Shown: piece by piece, positions 56,238-64,000 of the stretch
Position numbering within the stretch: the stretch's first letter is position 1
Layout: each line of letters opens with the position of its first letter
NCBI GenBank assembly: GCA_041738235.1
Contig: JBGSQF010000006.1
Location: forward strand, 18,261-82,260
From: Minisyncoccia bacterium
GTDB lineage: Bacteria; Patescibacteriota; Minisyncoccia; Moranbacterales; GCA-2747515
DNA: 64,000 nucleotides
Reading direction: 5' to 3'
The notes under the pieces: model-generated
The model's input: the letters and a program-made list of their open reading frames with translations, nothing else
What the model was told of the DNA's origin: nothing
Database searches by the model: none
Position numbers and translations under genes: made by a program

Positions 56238-58634
56238 ATGACAGAGAAACAAAATCGCAAAGACCAAACGGAAATGCAATCCGTCATCACGCCCCTTACC
56301 ATAATAGGCAACGATCGCTTAGCCCCCTACATCCAAGTATTCACCCATCAACCGGAAAACATTACCCAACATGCCCTTGGAACGCTTTTTGGGATATTCA
56401 AGATCGACGACATCAGCGTTGATAGTGCCTTTATCGTAAACTTTCTTGTTTCCGAATTCAAGAAAGAATACTATGGAAATCCCCGAAGAACTCCTGCGGG
56501 AAGTTTTGAAGCGGGTCTCAATCGAATAAACATCGCCCTTTCCGAACTCGCCAAACAGGGAAATATTGCCTGGATAGGAAAGATCGAATCAGCTCTTTGT
56601 GCTCTTGAGAAAAACGGGATGCTACACTTTAGCGCAACAGGTCCTGCGCACATCGCGCTCATGAGAGAAGGTTCTCTATCGCTGATCAGTGATGGCCTTG
56701 CCCCAGAAGCCACAGCACCCAATCCCCTCAAGACATTTATTGAGATCTCCTCAGGAAAACTTCACCCTGAAGACCTGGTCATCCTTGGAACACATGAATT
56801 GTTCGAATTCCTCCCCAAAGAAAAAATGGAAAGAAACGCAAAACACTTCAGCTATGAAGAATTTACGAGATTTCTTCATACTGCACTTGTCAATGAATTT
56901 GATCTTTGTGGAACAGTAACTGTTTTACTCAACAAAAGAGCCCCGATCCCCAAAACAAGAAAGTCATCCTCATCAATATCCCCAGAATCCATACCGAACA
57001 TGTTTAGTGCAAAAGCATTTCGTAAACATTCTGGAAAGAAAGAGGGAATGATAGTCACCGACCCAGAAGAAGACAGTTCGACCCAAAGAAAAAATCAGGA
57101 AGGACATCTTTATATTCAACAACAAGCATCGTCGGTCAATGACTCTGGTCAGGAACTCAGAGAAACGCTCCTTATGTTCAAAGAACGAATCGCAAACATC
57201 CTAGATGAGCGTATTACTGCCTCCCAAAATACCTTGCGTCAATGGCGACGAACCCTTGAAAAAGAGCTCTCCCGCAGATTTAAAAAGTCTTCGCCTGTAA
57301 AACCGACACCCATAATAAGCAAAGATCGTGTGCCCAACAACGGAGAACCTCTTGTCAAAAAATATAACACTCAACAAGAAACACCCTCACTTCAAGAAAT
57401 ATCTTTTATACGTCCATCCCAAAAAACGCCGGACAACAGAGATCAAAAAACAACAGAGGAGCTCAAATTGGAAGAATCTTCAGTTACTAACATCTTTGAC
57501 ACCATTTTTAAAAATTCCACAATAAAGAAAATAGGTGATCTTCTCCGCACGTTATGGAAAAAAATCCGTACTCTTACCCCGGTTATCCTTGGCGTATTTC
57601 AAAGATACACTCGGGATCTCCCAAAAGCCTTCTCACATCTTTCTCGTTTTATTCAACAATTGGTACAGATCGTACCGGAACAATACAGGAAGATCGTCCC
57701 ACTCGCTCTTGCTATTGCTATCGCTCTCATCGCCTTCTTTCTTATTCCCAAAAAAGACAATACAAAAATACAAGAAACACCCCAGGAAATTACTCAACAA
57801 GAACCAGCTCTTCCCGATCGATCAGCGACCTTCTCACAAGAAAAGAATGTTTTCTTTCCTAAAAAAGAGGATGAGATAGCCCTCTATACATCGCAAAACA
57901 CTATTCAAAATATTTTCACTTTTGACGAGAAAACACTGCTTGTTTTGGATGATAGCTCCATCAGCATCGTTCCAAAAGAAGGGGCGCCTGAAAATTTCCC
58001 GATTCCAGAAACAAACGGCACGACACTATCGGCCACCTATATGAAAGATCTGTCCACCCTCTTTGTTCTGACAGACAAGGGGTCCATTGTTTCCTTTAGT
58101 CCCATCTCCAAGAAATTTTCAAACAACTCACTAGTCCTAGAAGATCCCTCTACCAATAAATTCCTTCTTGGTAGTTACCTCACCTACCTCTATGTCGCCA
58201 ACACCACACAAAATACCATACTCCGCTATCCACGTGCTGAAGCAGGTGGCTTTGGAGAACCTCTTACGTGGCTTTCGAACGATTCAGGTGTTTCTCTTTC
58301 AGATGCGATCGACATGACGATCGACGGGTCGATCTATCTCATCAAACCAACAGGTATTACCCGTCTGAACAATAAAAAAGAAGATCCCCTTACGATTGAA
58401 AGCCCTAATAATCCAGCACAATTTGGATCTATCTTTACTCAAAATGAGTCAGATGCTCTTTACGTCTCAGATATAAAGAATAACAGGATCCTCCTCTTTA
58501 AAAAAGATGGTTCGATCGAACGACAGATCATACTTCCAGAAGCAACACCCGCAATATCAAAGGTGAGCCATTTAGAAAATAGCAGTGCCCTTATACTCCA
58601 GGGAGAACGTGAGATACTTCAGCTGGAGCAATAG
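56238..58634 (+). CDS. Large (798 aa) hypothetical protein: N-terminal cytoplasmic domain, central TM helix, C-terminal beta-propeller-like (NHL/YVTN-like) repeats
   Basis: TM IVPLALAIAIALIAFFLI at about aa 490; the C-terminal 300 aa carry repeated hydrophobic/Gly/Asp beta-strand blocks (YVSDIKNNRILLFKKDGS). Confidence 0.5.
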   Translation: MTEKQNRKDQTEMQSVITPLTIIGNDRLAPYIQVFTHQPENITQHALGTLFGIFKIDDISVDSAFIVNFLVSEFKKEYYGNPRRTPAGSFEAGLNRINIALSELAKQGNIAWIGKIESALCALEKNGMLHFSATGPAHIALMREGSLSLISDGLAPEATAPNPLKTFIEISSGKLHPEDLVILGTHELFEFLPKEKMERNAKHFSYEEFTRFLHTALVNEFDLCGTVTVLLNKRAPIPKTRKSSSSISPESIPNMFSAKAFRKHSGKKEGMIVTDPEEDSSTQRKNQEGHLYIQQQASSVNDSGQELRETLLMFKERIANILDERITASQNTLRQWRRTLEKELSRRFKKSSPVKPTPIISKDRVPNNGEPLVKKYNTQQETPSLQEISFIRPSQKTPDNRDQKTTEELKLEESSVTNIFDTIFKNSTIKKIGDLLRTLWKKIRTLTPVILGVFQRYTRDLPKAFSHLSRFIQQLVQIVPEQYRKIVPLALAIAIALIAFFLIPKKDNTKIQETPQEITQQEPALPDRSATFSQEKNVFFPKKEDEIALYTSQNTIQNIFTFDEKTLLVLDDSSISIVPKEGAPENFPIPETNGTTLSATYMKDLSTLFVLTDKGSIVSFSPISKKFSNNSLVLEDPSTNKFLLGSYLTYLYVANTTQNTILRYPRAEAGGFGEPLTWLSNDSGVSLSDAIDMTIDGSIYLIKPTGITRLNNKKEDPLTIESPNNPAQFGSIFTQNESDALYVSDIKNNRILLFKKDGSIERQIILPEATPAISKVSHLENSSALILQGEREILQLEQ

Positions 58635-58711
58635 CGACTAGATCCGACCATGGTCAAATAAAAAAAACGCTCTTGGGTAGAGTGTTTTTTAAACATGCTC
58701 TGTCTCCTTGC

Positions 58712-59845
58712 TTACATGAGCTGTAGACGTTCGATAAGCTCATCAATATTTTCGTTACTTTCGAATACAACACTTCCAACGGCTATCCTCTGAGCACCCG
58801 CCATGATGCATGCTTTCAGATTTTCTTGCGTGATACCTCCGTCCAAACCAATAGAAACCCTTTTTGGAAAAGATTTGCGAGCTTCCCCAATACGGTCCAC
58901 AACTCCAGGGAGCATGCTTTGTCCTGATTTCCCGGGGTGAACCCCCATAAGCAGAACGCTCTCAATATACGGCGCGAGACCGACGACTTTTTGTATGTCC
59001 GTTTCGGAGTTTATAGCGACCCCGACCTGCATGCCATGCCCCACTACTGTTTCACAAAAAGACCGAGCTTGTTCAACATCACGAACTGACTCCCAATGGA
59101 ATATACATCGATCGATCCCCGCTTTCTGACATAATTCTATGTATTCAAATGGGTCCACCACCATCAAATGCGCCTCATAGAAAAATGGATATCGCTTCCC
59201 ATCAAACTCTTGTAGCGCGAACGATATTTCAGGAACAAACTTCCCATCCATAATATCCAACTGTACCCAATCCGCCAGACCCTCCACTAAAGAAAGTTTT
59301 TTATACACGGCGTCTAAACCCTTCTCTAAAATAGCTGGAATGATCTTTCTAGACCCAAAACTTTTCATTGTCCGAATCGCCTCCGATCGTTCAAATGCAT
59401 CTATCTTCCTTACTCTTCTAACAAAACGCTTGTTTTCCTCGAACCCTGTACAAAGCCACGCAAGAATAACATGTTTTTCCTCCTCTAAAGAAACACTTCT
59501 GGCGGCCACACATAACACATTCGTATCATCATCTCGTTTTCCGCTTTGTACATGTCCTTCTCCAAGCGCACAAGCCGCTCGAATCCCACGAACCTTATTG
59601 GCCGATATACACATTCCCACACCAGAACCACACAAAACGATTCCCAGTGATCCGGAATCCTTCGACACTGATCGTCCAACAGCAAAGCCAAAATCAGGAT
59701 AGTCATCTTCAGCCTCAAATTTTGTATTTCCACAATCTTTCACCTCATACCCATGGTCATGCAAAAAAACTCTAAGGGCCTCCTTCATTTCAAACCCCGC
59801 ATGATCAGACCCAATATAGATAGTTCTGCCACTTGGTGAATCCAT
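58712..59845 (-). CDS. Bifunctional fusion: ribose-5-phosphate isomerase B (N-terminus) and ribulose-phosphate 3-epimerase (C-terminus)
   Basis: N-terminus IYIGSDHAGFEMKE...GIVLCGSGVGMCISANKVRGIRAA (RpiB/LacAB); C-terminus VQLDIMDGKFVP...LLMGVHPGKSGQSM...GLDGGIT (Rpe). Confidence 0.75.
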   Translation of the reverse strand: MDSPSGRTIYIGSDHAGFEMKEALRVFLHDHGYEVKDCGNTKFEAEDDYPDFGFAVGRSVSKDSGSLGIVLCGSGVGMCISANKVRGIRAACALGEGHVQSGKRDDDTNVLCVAARSVSLEEEKHVILAWLCTGFEENKRFVRRVRKIDAFERSEAIRTMKSFGSRKIIPAILEKGLDAVYKKLSLVEGLADWVQLDIMDGKFVPEISFALQEFDGKRYPFFYEAHLMVVDPFEYIELCQKAGIDRCIFHWESVRDVEQARSFCETVVGHGMQVGVAINSETDIQKVVGLAPYIESVLLMGVHPGKSGQSMLPGVVDRIGEARKSFPKRVSIGLDGGITQENLKACIMAGAQRIAVGSVVFESNENIDELIERLQLM

Positions 59846-59871
59846 AGTATATTATTTCACAACCTTATATT

Positions 59872-60792
59872 TTACCCTTTAAGCTTCTTGACGTATTCGT
59901 ACGCACTGAGTGCCGCAAGCGTACCATACCCAGCAGAAATATTGTTTTGTTTGTAAGCTGCATCAGTTGCATCACCCGCAGCAAATATCCCAGCATGAGA
60001 TGTTGCGCATGTTCGATGATCGATCGTAATCTCTCCATATGGGTTTCGATCTACTAGGCCCTTAACGAGCTCTGTATTCGGCACCATTCCGATCTCCACA
60101 AAGACTCCCTGCACATCAAGAGTCTTTTCCTCTTGTGTTTGAAGGTCCTGGTAACGAATACCAGCAACTGCCTCTCCCCCCAACACTTCCTTTGTATCCA
60201 CATTATAGATAACCTCCACTTTTGGATTGCCCTTCACCTCCTCTTGTAAAAGGGGATCTCCGGTCAATTCTCCACGAGACAATAAATAAATTTGATCCGC
60301 GTATGGGTAGAGGTCTTGGCACGCCTCGAGCCCACTGTTTCCCCCACCCACGACCGCTACCGTTTTCCCTCGAAAGAAGGGCGCGTCACACGTTGAACAA
60401 TATACAACCCCGTGACCGATAAATTTCTCTTCACCGGGTACGTTCAAGTGTCGATGCCTTCCTCCGGTAGCGAGTATTATACTTTTTGTTTCATATTTCT
60501 CCCCCTTCTCCGTTTCAACCTCAAATCCTTCATATTGTTTAGCAATCGCCCTCACCTTCACGCCCGTTTGAATTTCAATATCCTCCTGTGCACGCAGATG
60601 CCCTTCCAACTTCTGAGCAAACTCAAATCCTTTGATAGAAACCTCTCCGATCCAATTCTCGATCGTCGCCGAAACACTCGACTGCCCTCCGATCGTATCC
60701 GTAAGAAAGAGCGTCTTCATCTTCTTGCGCGCCGCATATACTCCAGCAGATACTCCGGCGGGTCCACCACCGATAATTATGACATCATACAT
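59872..60792 (-). CDS. trxB: Thioredoxin reductase
   Basis: [13 protein letters not shown] (FAD), redox [24 protein letters not shown]. Start set at the Met of MYDV; the ORF track extends to a TTG at 60873. Confidence 0.8.
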   Translation of the reverse strand: MYDVIIIGGGPAGVSAGVYAARKKMKTLFLTDTIGGQSSVSATIENWIGEVSIKGFEFAQKLEGHLRAQEDIEIQTGVKVRAIAKQYEGFEVETEKGEKYETKSIILATGGRHRHLNVPGEEKFIGHGVVYCSTCDAPFFRGKTVAVVGGGNSGLEACQDLYPYADQIYLLSRGELTGDPLLQEEVKGNPKVEVIYNVDTKEVLGGEAVAGIRYQDLQTQEEKTLDVQGVFVEIGMVPNTELVKGLVDRNPYGEITIDHRTCATSHAGIFAAGDATDAAYKQNNISAGYGTLAALSAYEYVKKLKG

Positions 60793-61037
60793 ATGTATTG
60801 CTTTATATTGGATAACCCTTTTATTTGGATACCTTTCATTATTGCTTTTTTGACCACCCTGACAACCCGTCAACTGTCAGTATACCGAAATAACACGTTA
60901 TTGACAAACAAAAGAATGCTCCCATCATATTTATTTACTACGCGATACCAGTATTTAAATTTCTCTTCGACACTTTTCTTTTTTAGAAAGATGCAGTATT
61001 GTATATACATCCCAAAAACCACTCAGGGGAGAGGTCC

Positions 61038-61211
61038 ATGTCCGGAGAAAACTGGGTTCGTAAGCAGTACAAATGCCCCTATTGCGGGGCGTATTTGGTT
61101 CAAGAGGAGGAACTCTGTCCCAAAGCGTGCCCGAATTGCGAAGCGCCCATCACTGTCGAAGTCATCGAAGTGATGCTCGGGGAACGCCCAAAAGACCACA
61201 GAGATGATTGA
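61038..61211 (+). CDS. Small zinc-ribbon protein (CxxC...CxxC), unknown
   Basis: MSGENWVRKQYKCPYCGAYLVQEEELCPKACPNCEAP...; AGGGGAGAGG RBS upstream; GC-richer than its surroundings. Confidence 0.5.
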   Translation: MSGENWVRKQYKCPYCGAYLVQEEELCPKACPNCEAPITVEVIEVMLGERPKDHRDD

Positions 61212-61249
61212 TCTCGGGAGTCGGCTCCGCGCATAGCCGACTCCCAAAC

Positions 61250-61280
61250 AAAAAAACCGAACTTTATCGGTTTCTTTTTA
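61250..61280. terminator. Bidirectional terminator (preceded by an 11-bp GC hairpin at 61216-61245)
   Basis: aaaaaa-ACCGA-acttta-TCGGT-ttcttttt; separates the zinc-ribbon gene from the convergent purC. Confidence 0.5.
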
Positions 61281-61372
61281 TATAAAGTAAACTGCGCTCA
61301 TTTCATCCGGAAATGGCGCAGTCAAAGATCTTCTTATTACTCTTGTTGTTGCTATTTTTCCTCAGTCCTTAC

Positions 61373-62281
61373 TTAATCGACCATAAGGCGACGCTCCGCC
61401 TCACGATATTTCTCCGCCGTCTTGTCGATGATCTCCTGGGGCAGCTCCGGTCCTGGCGGGGTCTTGTCCCAACCCAGGGTCTCCAGGTAATCACGGACGA
61501 ACTGCTTGTCGAAACTCGGCGGGCTCGTACCAGGTTGATACTGGCTCTCCGGCCAGAAGCGCGACGAGTCCGGAGTGAGCACCTCGTCGATGAGGTAGAG
61601 GCGCCCGTCGGCGTCCAAGCCAAACTCGAACTTGGTGTCAGCGATGATAATGCCGTGAGCCAAGGCGTGAATAGCTCCCCACTGATAAAGCCTCAAGCTC
61701 ACCTCGCGCACCTGCTTGGCCAGGTCACTACCAAGCAGCCAAGCGGTACGGTCGAAGCTGATGTTCTCGTCATGGTCTCCGGTCTGCGCCTTAGTAGACG
61801 GCGTGTAGATCGGCTCACGCAAACGATCAGCCTGAGTCAATCCCTCCGGTAAGGTGATGCCACATACGGCGCCATTCTTCTGGTAGTCCTTCCAGCCGGA
61901 GCCGATCAGGTACCCGCGGACGATCGCCTCCACCGGCAAGGCGTCAAGACGGCGCACTACCACGGCGCGGTCACCCAGGCAAGCACGCTCGTCTGGATCC
62001 GTGACCACATCGTCCACCGAGATACCGCACAAGTCATTCGGGACGATGAAATCAGTCCGCCTCTTCCAAAATCCAGAAAGACGAGCCAACACCTCACCCT
62101 TACCCGGGATGGGCTGTGGCAAAACGACATCGAACGCCGACAGCCGGTCCGTGGCGACCACGAGCATGTGCGCATCGTCCACGTGGTACATATTGCGCAC
62201 CTTACCACGTTGAAAGAGAGGTAAACCCGATCTCGAGAGATCAGCGTCACCAAGAGCCTCTGACATAGGAAGTCTCCTCAT
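61373..62281 (-). CDS. purC: SAICAR synthetase (phosphoribosylaminoimidazole-succinocarboxamide synthase), long form
   Basis: GKVRNMYHVDD...ATDRLSAFD...IIADTKFEFG...DEVLTPDSSRFW; markedly GC-rich (about 60%) against about 40% for the window. Confidence 0.8.
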   Translation of the reverse strand: MRRLPMSEALGDADLSRSGLPLFQRGKVRNMYHVDDAHMLVVATDRLSAFDVVLPQPIPGKGEVLARLSGFWKRRTDFIVPNDLCGISVDDVVTDPDERACLGDRAVVVRRLDALPVEAIVRGYLIGSGWKDYQKNGAVCGITLPEGLTQADRLREPIYTPSTKAQTGDHDENISFDRTAWLLGSDLAKQVREVSLRLYQWGAIHALAHGIIIADTKFEFGLDADGRLYLIDEVLTPDSSRFWPESQYQPGTSPPSFDKQFVRDYLETLGWDKTPPGPELPQEIIDKTAEKYREAERRLMVD

Positions 62282-62405
62282 GCGTTTTGGAAGTCAGACG
62301 GTGTGTCCAACTTGACCATTCTCTTCGTATCATATAACACTTCAAAATGCAAAAACGGACTCACTGTCCGTCTTACAAGCCTTGCTTTCCTACGACTTAC
62401 CGCCC

Positions 62406-63542
62406 CTACCTACTTATAACTCCACTTCCCAAACACCTCTCCCCGTCATAAAGCACTGCAAATTGCCCAGGAGCGATCCCCCGTTCTTTATGATCAAGAA
62501 GCTGTAAACGAAGACAGGTCTTTTGAGTATCAAGAAATTCCACTACACAGGCGTACTGTTGCGCCCCATGTCGTATCTTTACTTTAAACTGAGCACCCTT
62601 ATACAGGATGTCCATCGGCACAAGCCAACGAAAATCTTCCACCTCAAACGTGTCACGCTCAACATTCGTCATTTTGAGACGATGGGAAATAAGAACGATA
62701 TTCTTTGAAACGTCTTTTCCCGTCACATACCATGGCCCACCGGAAAGATTCAACTTGTGCCGTTGTCCGATCGTATACAGCCAATATCCCTTGTGTCGTC
62801 CCACTACCTCACCCGTATCAGTGTTCACAATATCCCCCTCCCTCTCTCCCAAGTGATGACACACAAAATCAGCATAGTTGATCTTTCCCAAAAAACAGAG
62901 TCCTTGACTATCGGGACGATCCTTGGTTGGAAGGCTCCATTCCTTTGCCAATGCACGGACCTCACTTTTCATATACTGGCCTAATGGGAAAAGTGCCTGA
63001 GAAAGTTGCCCCTGAATAAGACGCGAGAGAAAATAGGTCTGATCCTTCACTGGGTCTGCCGCAGTAAGCAGAGTGTACTGGGACAGTTGATCCCGCCCCT
63101 TACGCCCATGCATTTCTTTCGTCTTCAGTTTTTCACTACCTATCATTGGTACAACTCGTGCGTAATGTCCCGTTGCCACCTTATCAAAAGTTATACCTTT
63201 TTCTTTCAACCAATCCGAAAACGCCCCGAATTTGATAAAACTATTGCACATCACATCCGGGTTGGGAGTGCGTCCCGCTCGCACCTCAGAAAGAGCGTAA
63301 GAGATAACTCGCTCATGATACTCCTTTTGAAGAGGCACTATCTCAAGCGGTACGTCAAGCTGCTTACATACCGCTCGCACATACCCCATATCCTCTTCCC
63401 ATGGACACTCACCCAAAAAGGCCGTCTCGTCTTCGAGCCAGATCTTAAGATAGAATGCCAAAACTGTATGTCCTTCATCTTGAAGAAGCTTAAGTGCCAC
63501 AGAACTATCAACTCCTCCAGACACAAGAACCGCTATACGCAT
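62406..63542 (-). CDS. mnmA: tRNA-specific 2-thiouridylase MnmA
   Basis: MRIAVLVSGGVDSSVA (PP-loop), catalytic Cys residues, C-terminal beta-barrel. Start set at MRIAV; the ORF track extends to 63593. Confidence 0.8.
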   Translation of the reverse strand: MRIAVLVSGGVDSSVALKLLQDEGHTVLAFYLKIWLEDETAFLGECPWEEDMGYVRAVCKQLDVPLEIVPLQKEYHERVISYALSEVRAGRTPNPDVMCNSFIKFGAFSDWLKEKGITFDKVATGHYARVVPMIGSEKLKTKEMHGRKGRDQLSQYTLLTAADPVKDQTYFLSRLIQGQLSQALFPLGQYMKSEVRALAKEWSLPTKDRPDSQGLCFLGKINYADFVCHHLGEREGDIVNTDTGEVVGRHKGYWLYTIGQRHKLNLSGGPWYVTGKDVSKNIVLISHRLKMTNVERDTFEVEDFRWLVPMDILYKGAQFKVKIRHGAQQYACVVEFLDTQKTCLRLQLLDHKERGIAPGQFAVLYDGERCLGSGVISR

Positions 63543-63663
63543 ATGTTCATGGTTACATTGGATTATTGTGAAATTATTAGAACAATAAGTCAAGTAAAAG
63601 TTTGCTTTTCTTCTCTCTTCGCCCTATTATAAAGGAAAGTATTTTATATTTTATATTTTCTTT

Positions 63664-64000
63664 ATGGCCCTAAACGAGAAACAGCAGGAACACCTCCATA
63701 ACCTTCGTCATTCTTTGGCACATATCCTTGCAGCGGCCATCACCCGACTCTACGATAATGTTAAATTTGGCACGGGACCCGTCACCGAGCAGGGCTTCTT
63801 CTACGATATCGATATGACCCATCGACTCGCCCCCGAAGACCTCAAACGGATCGAAAAGGAAATGCGAAAGATCATCCGCGCCGACTACCCCTTCGAACGA
63901 TCCGAGCTCACCACTAAAGAAGCCAAAGAAAGGTTCTCCGAATTGAATCAGTCCTATAAGGTCGAACTCATCGAGGGACTTGAGAACGAGGGAACAAAAG
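63664..64000 (+). CDS. thrS: Threonyl-tRNA synthetase, 5-prime part (runs off the window end)
   Basis: ATG at 63664; LRHSLAHILAAAITRLYDNVKFGTGPVTEQGFFYDIDM matches the ThrRS N2/editing-domain start; no TGS (N1) domain is encoded upstream. Confidence 0.75.
   Translation, partial: MALNEKQQEHLHNLRHSLAHILAAAITRLYDNVKFGTGPVTEQGFFYDIDMTHRLAPEDLKRIEKEMRKIIRADYPFERSELTTKEAKERFSELNQSYKVELIEGLENEGTK

Noticed and set aside
61214-61246. 11-bp GC-rich hairpin as an independent terminator
   Set aside because: It is not followed by a U-run on either strand. It is probably part of the compound terminator with the adjacent 61250-61280 hairpin, or a remnant of the foreign islet.
61313-61852. 179-aa plus-strand ORF
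   Set aside because: It is antisense to the GC-rich purC. Long spurious ORFs are expected in 60% GC sequence, and the product is Arg/Leu-rich low complexity.

Overview
A 64 kb stretch of low-GC (about 40%) bacterial chromosome, densely coded with short gaps and overlapping genes. Most of it is housekeeping: ribosomal proteins L7/L12, L10, S16, L21, L33, S2, L31 and EF-Ts; RF1 and PrmC; CysRS and the start of ThrRS; DnaB, RecR, HolB, Pth, YidD, TrxB, MnmA and RmuC; and eight tRNAs in two clusters. Cell-envelope functions are prominent. They include an 11.5 kb type IV pilus operon (pilB, pilC, three large pilin or pseudopilin genes, pilMNO) preceded by an orphan histidine kinase and a coiled-coil lytic-transglycosylase-like protein, plus FtsQ-like and FtsB-like proteins, an LCP protein, PrsA, two HtrA paralogs, two family-4 glycosyltransferases, a GH1 glycosidase and a 1284-aa glycine-rich surface protein. 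The gene content and arrangement are consistent with a small-genome, possibly Patescibacteria/CPR-like organism; that placement is an inference. Loci worth a second look are: (i) a soluble TraD/VirD4-HerA-like ATPase with a C-terminal zinc ribbon, sitting with a membrane partner and a sigma-r4/HARE-HTH protein (24.6-29.3 kb); (ii) a GC-rich antisense unit with its own promoter and terminator wedged between prfA and prmC (47.7-48.1 kb); (iii) a GC-rich purC plus zinc-ribbon islet between trxB and mnmA (61.0-62.3 kb); (iv) secreted Cys-rich proteins, one broken by a poly-C(8) tract (53.9-56.0 kb); (v) a catalytically dead HtrA paralog; (vi) an RpiB-Rpe fusion; (vii) unannotated small genes, namely rpmG and a 43-aa Lys/Ala-rich protein built from a 24-bp tandem repeat. 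No CRISPR array, transposase or rRNA was found.
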